This document shows, piece after piece, positions 58,601 to 64,000 of a stretch of DNA of 64,000 bases. The stretch is taken from positions 124,001 through 188,000 of IMG/VR virus record IMGVR_UViG_3300011113_000640; one strand, given 5' to 3'. The number at the start of each line of letters is the position of its first letter. Within the stretch, counting starts at the first letter, position 1. The position numbers were made by a program, and so were the translations under genes. Under the pieces are notes generated by a model. That model was given only the letters and a program-made list of their open reading frames with translations. It was not told the DNA's origin and did no database searches.

Positions 58601-61264
58601 TGTTCCGCCTGTGGCAAGATTTCCACCAGTGATAGTACCAGTTGTACTTAAACTTGTGCCTGTGGCAGCACCAATGTTGGGTGTGGTCAAGTTTGCACCG
58701 GCTTTGACCGAGATATTGCCAAACCCATCAAAGGCTGTGGTGTTGTTGTCAACCCTGGCACTGATCACTGTGCCGTTGATGTCAATACCGTTGCCTTCTG
58801 TGTAGACCTGTGTCTGGCTGAATTGAGCAAATGTGATCTGACTGGTGCCAAATGTGATGGTGCCCGAAGGTGAGTCAACGATGTATGCTGATCCTGCATT
58901 GACATTACCGCTGGTGACAAAGAAGTAATCGTTTATGCTCAGTGTGTTTGCACTGGCTGGTCCATAGGTGTCAGTGTCCGAGCTACGTGTGATTGCCGTG
59001 GCATTGGAATAGACATAGATACCGTTGAATACTGCGTTGCCTTCGTCTTTGACCAGGATTCTTGTGCCCACGGTCTGCACGTTGGCTGTGTCAATGGTGG
59101 TAAAGGTTCCGGTGGTCTGGATGTAAGCACCCACACCGTTTGATACACCGTTGGGTTGAGTATAGGTAATAGTACCGCCTGTGGCTGTGGCCAAGGTGGT
59201 GTTGGTGGCCGCAACCACTGCTTGGTGATAGCTGATGGCCGTGGTAACCAATTGATCCACATAGAATTTGGAAGTGGCTGCTGTGTTGCCTGCCGGCTGG
59301 AGAGCCAGGCCCAAGATTTGTTTGTTATTCAAGACCACATTGGCAGCAGATTCAATGTTGATGTTGCCCGAAGCATTTACTATGCTCAAGCCTGAACTGC
59401 TGTATAATTGTGCGGTGTTGACATTGGCACCAGTGATGTTGCCTGTGGCTGATACCAGACCTCCAGTGAGTATGTTGCCACCAGTGACGTTGCCTGACAC
59501 ACTGGCTGTTCCGCCAGTGGCCAAGTTGCCACCAGTGATTGTGCCTGTTGCTGAAACTGTTCCGCCTGTGGCAAGGTTGCCAGTTGTGGCGGTACCACTG
59601 ACACTTAAATCAGTCAATGTGCCCACAGAAGTAAGGCTTGAGAATAAAACATTGGGACTTAGTGTATTACCCAATAAAGCGTTAGCGTTAACAGCACTGG
59701 CAGTAACGCCTGTCAAGAATGCACCGTTGCCAAGAAAGAAATTGTTGGTAGAAATATTGCCTGTGGCTGAAACTGTGCCACCTGTGTCCAAATTACCGCC
59801 CGTTACAGTGCCACTGGCACTGACTGTTCCACCAGTGTTTACGTTGCCCACTGTGGCTGTGCCTGTGGCAGATAGCAATCCTGCTGTGCGTATGTTACCG
59901 CTGGTGACGTTGCCCGTGGCACTGATATTGCCAGCGGTGCCAATAAAGCCACCTGTGATTGTGCCAGTTGCTGAAATTATCCCATTAGTGACAAGGTTGC
60001 CTACTGTGGCATTTTGTGCAATGTTGGCAGTTATTCCAGATAATGCTGCACCTGTGATGTCACCTGTGGCACTGACAAGACCACCAGTGAGCAGGTTGCC
60101 GCCTGTGACATTGCCTGTGGCAGTCAGTGGACCGGTGGCAAAATTTGCGGGTGTGACACCGTCATCACGAGTGACTGTGAACACATTAGGACCGGCTTCT
60201 TGGATCTGTAGATTGCCCAAATGAACTGGGCCTGCCAAATAAAGTTGATTCCACCGACTGGTGGTTGTGCCCAAATTATAGGTCACGTTGGCTGTGGGTA
60301 TGACATTGCCACTTGCTGAAACGTTGGCACCAGTGATATCGCCGGTGGCGCTGACAGTGCCACCTGTGGCCAAGTTTCCACCAGTTACTGTGCCGGTTGA
60401 GCTTACAGTGCCAGTGACTGTGACAGCATTGGTAGTTTTGTTAAATCTAAATCCAGCAGTGGAATTGGCCAGACCATTGTCATTGAACAGCACATCTGTA
60501 TTGCCACCACCTATGACAAGATTACCAGAAACGTTTCCAAAAAAGTTTGCAGCCGTGACATTACCTGTGGCGCTGACATTTCCTGCTGTGTTGATGTTGC
60601 CACCAGTGATGGTTCCTGTGGCACTGACTGTTCCACCAGTGGCTACATTGCCCACAGTGGCTGTGCCAGTTGCACTAACAGTTCCGCCAGTGGCCAAGTT
60701 GCCACCCGTGACTGTACCAGTAGAGCTAATCAAGCCCACTGTGGTTATGTTAGCGCCAGTGATGTTGCCGGTGACATTGAGAGCACTGATAATATTGCCG
60801 CTCAAGCTGGTAGTGCCAGCTACTGTGAGATTGCCACCTACAACAGTGTTGGCTGAATGTAGATTGGCATAGCTGGTAATGGTAATAACTGTGTTTGATT
60901 CTGCGGTGCTGGTAAAGGCCGTGATAAATTCACCAGCGCTTTCGTCCCACACAAAGGCTATGTTTTCGCTGGATCCGCGTTGGCCAATGTAGCCGATGTC
61001 AACTGTGGGGCTACCGGTCTGTCCAGATCCCAACAGTAAAATTGGGTCTTCAATGGTGGTGATGGTGGTGTCAATGGCTGTGGTGTTGCCTTGTACCGTG
61101 AGGTTGCCAGTAATGGTCAGGTTTGATCCATAGGTAAGATTGTTGGCGATCTTGGTGGCTGTGATCGAGTAGTTTTGCAGTTTGGTACCTGCATTGATAC
61201 CCACATATAGGTTGCCTGATTGTGCATCAGTGACTTGATTGTTATTAATTCTTGTGACGGCCAT
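55694..61264 (-). CDS. Long tail fibre protein (1856 aa)
   Basis: Many ~17-aa TGNVTGGNL.TGG.VSA repeats; C-terminal ADLAE domain. Confidence 0.85.
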   Translation of the reverse strand: MAVTRINNNQVTDAQSGNLYVGINAGTKLQNYSITATKIANNLTYGSNLTITGNLTVQGNTTAIDTTITTIEDPILLLGSGQTGSPTVDIGYIGQRGSSENIAFVWDESAGEFITAFTSTAESNTVITITSYANLHSANTVVGGNLTVAGTTSLSGNIISALNVTGNITGANITTVGLISSTGTVTGGNLATGGTVSATGTATVGNVATGGTVSATGTITGGNINTAGNVSATGNVTAANFFGNVSGNLVIGGGNTDVLFNDNGLANSTAGFRFNKTTNAVTVTGTVSSTGTVTGGNLATGGTVSATGDITGANVSASGNVIPTANVTYNLGTTTSRWNQLYLAGPVHLGNLQIQEAGPNVFTVTRDDGVTPANFATGPLTATGNVTGGNLLTGGLVSATGDITGAALSGITANIAQNATVGNLVTNGIISATGTITGGFIGTAGNISATGNVTSGNIRTAGLLSATGTATVGNVNTGGTVSASGTVTGGNLDTGGTVSATGNISTNNFFLGNGAFLTGVTASAVNANALLGNTLSPNVLFSSLTSVGTLTDLSVSGTATTGNLATGGTVSATGTITGGNLATGGTASVSGNVTGGNILTGGLVSATGNITGANVNTAQLYSSSGLSIVNASGNINIESAANVVLNNKQILGLALQPAGNTAATSKFYVDQLVTTAISYHQAVVAATNTTLATATGGTITYTQPNGVSNGVGAYIQTTGTFTTIDTANVQTVGTRILVKDEGNAVFNGIYVYSNATAITRSSDTDTYGPASANTLSINDYFFVTSGNVNAGSAYIVDSPSGTITFGTSQITFAQFSQTQVYTEGNGIDINGTVISARVDNNTTAFDGFGNISVKAGANLTTPNIGAATGTSLSTTGTITGGNLATGGTISGTGTITGGNVATGGTVSATGTATAGNLATGGTISGTGNVTGGNILTGGIVSATGNITTAGYYFGNGFFLAGVANATSAQKLVNGTSNVDIPVTDGNVLIGVGGTPNVAVFATAGVYVTGVTSATGTATVGNLATGGTVSAGGNITGANIRTTGAISATGAATVGNLFTGGTISATGTITGGNLETGGTANVSGTVTGGNLATGGTASATGTVTGGNLATGGTVSAAGTATVGNLVTGGVVSAIGTVTGGNIATSGTVSATGTATVGNLGTGGTVSSTGNILTSANVSATGNVFAANFFGNISGNLSSPGADTQVIFNDNGTANATSGFTFNKTSNTVTVGANVNAANFNGNVFGTSVSASGTVTAASTVGGVITGTSASVSGTVTAASTVGGVITGSSASVSGNITGANLALTSGTIDGPAAGRITINGSDIDTDFAVDGDTLANVFYVDAGTGTASFGSSTQVTNAIVNFDTTTSFKTPVGNTAQRPATGVTGMFRFNTTTDSLEVYDNTQWTSVGVPAFTVITDQQFNGDGSTVSFTLTANATTAGTIVSINGVQQIPITAYSVSGVTLLFTEAPAPGDLIDVRNLTTTTTVTTISNSSGNASVSVSDSSATVNIVGDLEVTGNATILGNVATDLIQNGTSRIEIPEANGNIHFDVNAANDVLNISQFNSVFSGNILPAANVTYDLGTATRRWKDLYLANSTIYLGNAQISANATAIVMTNPAGGQTVLAGATTSSSVAGNITGGNVLTGGIVSATGNITGSFFIGNGSQLTGIDATSIQSGTSNVKVLSSGGNIAVNVAGSGIVTFTSAGIINNMGNAVGNIGNSTGYFNTIFAKATSAQYADLAEKYAADADYAPGTVVMFGGSAEVTLCVNDGCSRVAGVISTNPSYRMNDGLQSEHTAMVALTGRVPTSVTGTVRKGDMMVSAGNGTARAEANPQVGTVIGKALADSEGDAVIEVVVGRV
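57700..60800 (-). repeat. Degenerate 51-bp (17-aa) coding tandem repeats in several blocks
   Basis: Recurrent gtggccaagttgccaccagtga-type units; boundaries are approximate. Confidence 0.8.
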
Positions 61265-61413
61265 TTTTGGTCTCCAGTTCGCCTTTTAACACCCCTAGCA
61301 AGCGGTTTTCTTGCTATAATAATTCTTCTAGCCATGCGAATTCGCAGGCTATGACTTATTTACCAGAGCCCAATAAAAAGGCAAATTGTGTGGTGATTTT
61401 TGAGAGTGTTAGC

Positions 61414-61995
61414 TCAGGGTTGAATACCCAAAATGCTGACAAAATCTGTGAGATTTTCGTGTTGCAAGTTTGAGATTTTGTCTAGCTCGGCAATTCTGGC
61501 CGTGGTATCTCCGTAGACTCTTACAAATTGTGTGTGCGGATAATCTGCGCAGATTTCTGTGATTTGCCGTATCCAGTTGCCGGCAAAGGTGGGCGGATGT
61601 GCAGATGTTTTGTAAAATTCTGTGTCTGCATACACATTGTTGAACTGGTTGTTTTCTCGAGGGCCCATGTCAAAACCCAGCAGATATACCATAGTGTGCC
61701 CATGGTCAGCGGCCAAGGCCACGGCGTTGGGCCCTGAGCTGTAGCCATGATATTTACGAAGCACGGCTTGAGCTTCCAGGCCCGGCAAGGGTCGTCGGGT
61801 GTGGAACTGATTGTGTTTGGCATAGCCAGATTCCTGAATGGCTGTGGCTATGGGCTGGTCTGTGGCCACCAGGACATCGGGCGTAAACTCTCTGTACAAG
61901 GCGTTGCACCCATAGATTTTTCCAAATTGTTTTAGCCATACAAGATCTACGTTGCGACGGCTGACTCCGTTTCCTAACACAAAAGCAGTGCTCAT
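61414..61995 (-). CDS. GT42/Maf(DUF115)-like putative glycosyltransferase
   Basis: AFVLGNGVS...YGCNALY...SSG...A...GH..VYLLGFD parallels the CstII-type sialyltransferase layout. Confidence 0.55.
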   Translation of the reverse strand: MSTAFVLGNGVSRRNVDLVWLKQFGKIYGCNALYREFTPDVLVATDQPIATAIQESGYAKHNQFHTRRPLPGLEAQAVLRKYHGYSSGPNAVALAADHGHTMVYLLGFDMGPRENNQFNNVYADTEFYKTSAHPPTFAGNWIRQITEICADYPHTQFVRVYGDTTARIAELDKISNLQHENLTDFVSILGIQP

Positions 61996-62047
61996 AAAAA
62001 ATCCCCACTGTACTTATTGTGGGGATTTTGGGTTGGCTACAAAAAAA

Positions 62048-62839
62048 TTAAGTCTTGTAGTTTTCTACGATAGCAAGATCCAGGTTGCCTGTGCTGAGCT
62101 GGCTGGTGCCTGCCCATGTGTCAACTTCGGCGCCCGACTTGGCTGTAACGCCTTCGTCGCTGAAGAAGTTGGCTGCAAACTCAACATCGTTGACCACTTG
62201 TGCATAATTCCAAACATCGCCGGTGTTGGCATTGCCACCTGTGGCACCGCCAGCAAAGTTCTGCAAGAACTTGTTGGTCAGTTTGCTGATTGGTGTTTCA
62301 GAAGAATCGTTGCTGAAGTAGCTGATGCTCATGTTACCAGCTGTGGGGCTTAAATCGCTGGTAAGAACACAGATACCTACTGCGTTTACACGACCAGAAC
62401 CTGTGGAGCCCAAGGCAGCTGTGGCTGTGAAGATGGTTCCAAGTGCTGCGTTTGGAGCACCATAGCTGGCCCAGTCTGTGTTGCCTACCACTGTGATACG
62501 ATAGGCTTGATTGGCTACCAAGGCTGTTCGGCTTGTGATATCTGCCACCAAGAATTTGTGTGAACCTTTTTGACGTATGATCTGTCCATCGGCTTCAGCG
62601 AATCCTGTCACAAACACACGACACTTGACAATAGGATAGTTGGTGCTGGCCACGGTAGGAGGCTGAGCTCCGCCAACCACGCCTAGATATTCCGTGGCCG
62701 AATCCCATACAGGACTAGGGTACACAGGTGCTGTCAAACTAGTTAGTGCATTGAAACCAATGTCTACACCTGGATTTGCACCGGTAGTAGAATTATAACC
62801 AGTTTCGATAATTTTTTTAATTTTGAGAGGACGTCCCAT
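62048..62839 (-). CDS. Putative virion structural protein
   Basis: Start MGRPLKIKK at 62839 with SD AAGGAG; late promoter at 62932-62937. Confidence 0.65.
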   Translation of the reverse strand: MGRPLKIKKIIETGYNSTTGANPGVDIGFNALTSLTAPVYPSPVWDSATEYLGVVGGAQPPTVASTNYPIVKCRVFVTGFAEADGQIIRQKGSHKFLVADITSRTALVANQAYRITVVGNTDWASYGAPNAALGTIFTATAALGSTGSGRVNAVGICVLTSDLSPTAGNMSISYFSNDSSETPISKLTNKFLQNFAGGATGGNANTGDVWNYAQVVNDVEFAANFFSDEGVTAKSGAEVDTWAGTSQLSTGNLDLAIVENYKT

Positions 62840-62849
62840 TTTTGTTTTC

Positions 62850-62925
62850 TCCTTAAAGAAGCCCAATGCGAGTTCTAGTCGCTACGCGGTGGGGTTAATC
62901 ACCGCATAAAACGCAGGATTGCGTT
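62850..62925 (-). promoter_or_regulatory. Structured 5' leader (three hairpins), candidate cis-regulatory RNA
   Basis: AACGCA/TGCGTT, TATGCGGTG/CACCGCGTA and GCGA/TCGC stems between TAAATA and the SD. Confidence 0.55.
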
Positions 62926-62984
62926 GACAAGTATTTATGGCAAGGCAAATATTTTAGGTCAGTACATACAAATTAAATAGAACC

Positions 62985-64000
62985 ATGCATACAGAAGAAC
63001 TCATAGCGTTAGGCAATCAAGCCCGAGAAGACAACAATCCAGAATTGGCCTTGCAGTACTATGTGCAGGCCTTGACTCAAGATCGCAATTCGGCAAGTGC
63101 ATTCAACAACTATGGCAATGTTTTGAGAGAGTGCGGTGATCCTGCGGGTGCCATACCTTTCTTGCAACGAAGCATAACTTTGGCTCCAGAGCATCCCACT
63201 GCGCAATTCAATTTGGCTGTGGCCTACTTGCTCATGGGCGACTACGAGCGCGGTTGGCCACAGTACGAAACACGCTGGAACTACGAACACCTGGCTGGCA
63301 CGTTGCCCAATTACACACAACCGCGTTGGACTGGACAAGATGTCCGAGACAAAACTGTGTTGATCATGGGCGAGCAAGGTCACGGTGACAACATACAGTT
63401 TGTGAGATTTGTTGAGGATATTAAAACCCGCGGCGCCCGAGTTATCTTGGCAGTCAGCGCCAGCCTCAAACCCTTGTTGCAGGGAGAGGCCATACCCGAC
63501 ATTGTTTGCCCGGGCGACGCCTTGCCAGAGTTTGATTATTGGATTCCCATAATGAGCATACCTGCTGTAGTGGGTAGCACCTTGGAAAATCTTGCTCCTG
63601 TGCAGTATTATCTCACAGCCGACACAGCATTACAACGTACCTGGCAACAACGCCTGGGACCAAAAACTCGCTTGCGTGTGGGCTTCTGTTGGTCGGGCCG
63701 CAGAGACACCTGGATCAATCGTCACAAAGGCATGCCTTTTGCAACCATGTTAGAACTGATAAAAAGAAATCCCACGTATGAATGGGTCAATCTGCAGTGC
63801 GATTGTACCCCTGAAGAAGAAGAAGCCCTGGTAGCTGCAGGAGTCACAGCTTATCCAGGTAGCATACAGAGCTTTGCAGATTCAGCGGCCTTGCTCATGC
63901 ACATGGATGTAGTCTTGAGTGTGGACACCGCTGTGGCGCACCTGGCCGGTGCATTGGGCAGACCTGTGTGGGTCATGCTGAGTCAATATGCTTTGGATTG
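62985..64000 (+). CDS. TPR-domain + GT-B (GT9-like) glycosyltransferase (partial, runs off the window end)
   Basis: Not in the ORF track. Manual translation gives MHTEELIALGNQ...AFNNYGNVLRE (TPR), EQGHGDNIQFVRF and VDTAVAHLAGALGRPVW; TAAATA 5 nt upstream. Confidence 0.85.
   Translation, partial: MHTEELIALGNQAREDNNPELALQYYVQALTQDRNSASAFNNYGNVLRECGDPAGAIPFLQRSITLAPEHPTAQFNLAVAYLLMGDYERGWPQYETRWNYEHLAGTLPNYTQPRWTGQDVRDKTVLIMGEQGHGDNIQFVRFVEDIKTRGARVILAVSASLKPLLQGEAIPDIVCPGDALPEFDYWIPIMSIPAVVGSTLENLAPVQYYLTADTALQRTWQQRLGPKTRLRVGFCWSGRRDTWINRHKGMPFATMLELIKRNPTYEWVNLQCDCTPEEEEALVAAGVTAYPGSIQSFADSAALLMHMDVVLSVDTAVAHLAGALGRPVWVMLSQYALD

Noticed and set aside
57700-60800. CRISPR-like repeat array
   Set aside because: The repeats are degenerate, in-frame coding units with no unique spacers, and no cas genes are present.
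57261-60872. Long plus-strand ORFs (383, 318 and 194 aa) opposite the long fibre gene
   Set aside because: Antisense shadows of G/T/N/A-rich repeat codons; the translations are low-complexity P/V/A/L with no promoter or RBS.
62868-62882. GTTCTAG resembling a preQ1-I riboswitch loop
   Set aside because: It lies on the strand opposite the adjacent downstream gene and lacks the required A-rich 3' tail.
63009-63383. 124-aa minus-strand ORF, and the short plus-strand ORFs at 136-655
   Set aside because: Shadows of the real edge-truncated genes on the opposite strands (62985 onward on +, 598 downward on -).
1-64000. Alternative genetic code or stop-codon reassignment
   Set aside because: Core genes are full length under the standard code, and TAA, TAG and TGA all serve as stops.

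Overview
A 64 kb slice of a large T4-like (contractile-tailed, probably jumbo) bacteriophage genome, standard genetic code, mostly minus-strand genes. From left to right it holds: (1) replication/recombination genes (189-aa mini-DnaE, clamp-loader-like subunit, UvsW-like helicase, AAA+ ATPase, UvsY, UvsX/RecA, gp32 SSB); (2) a ~7 kb glycan-biosynthesis island (GT2/GT8-like, three KpsC/KpsS-like proteins, cytidylyltransferase-cupin, methyltransferase); (3) terminase large subunit, a ~13 kb block of putative head-internal proteins, and probable terminase small subunit, head-completion, tail tube and tail sheath genes; (4) dNMP kinase, an exonuclease and tailoring enzymes (B12 radical SAM, 2OG-Fe oxygenase-like, amidinotransferase); (5) neck and gp15 genes with a GIY-YIG homing endonuclease; (6) a tail-fibre cassette bracketed by GT42/Maf-like genes and a TPR-glycosyltransferase. 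I found no tRNA, rRNA, CRISPR array or reverse transcriptase. Most notable observations: pervasive apparently leaderless promoter-ATG architecture, including an 18-bp palindromic bidirectional promoter; a ~35-aa W..FY...K...WPD...LP...QE module inserted into two unrelated enzymes; head-cargo proteins with T4-type capsid-targeting N-termini and a polyprotein-like array of protease sites; several structured UTRs; and a candidate virion-glycosylation system. All functional calls come from motif recognition by eye; no database searches were run.
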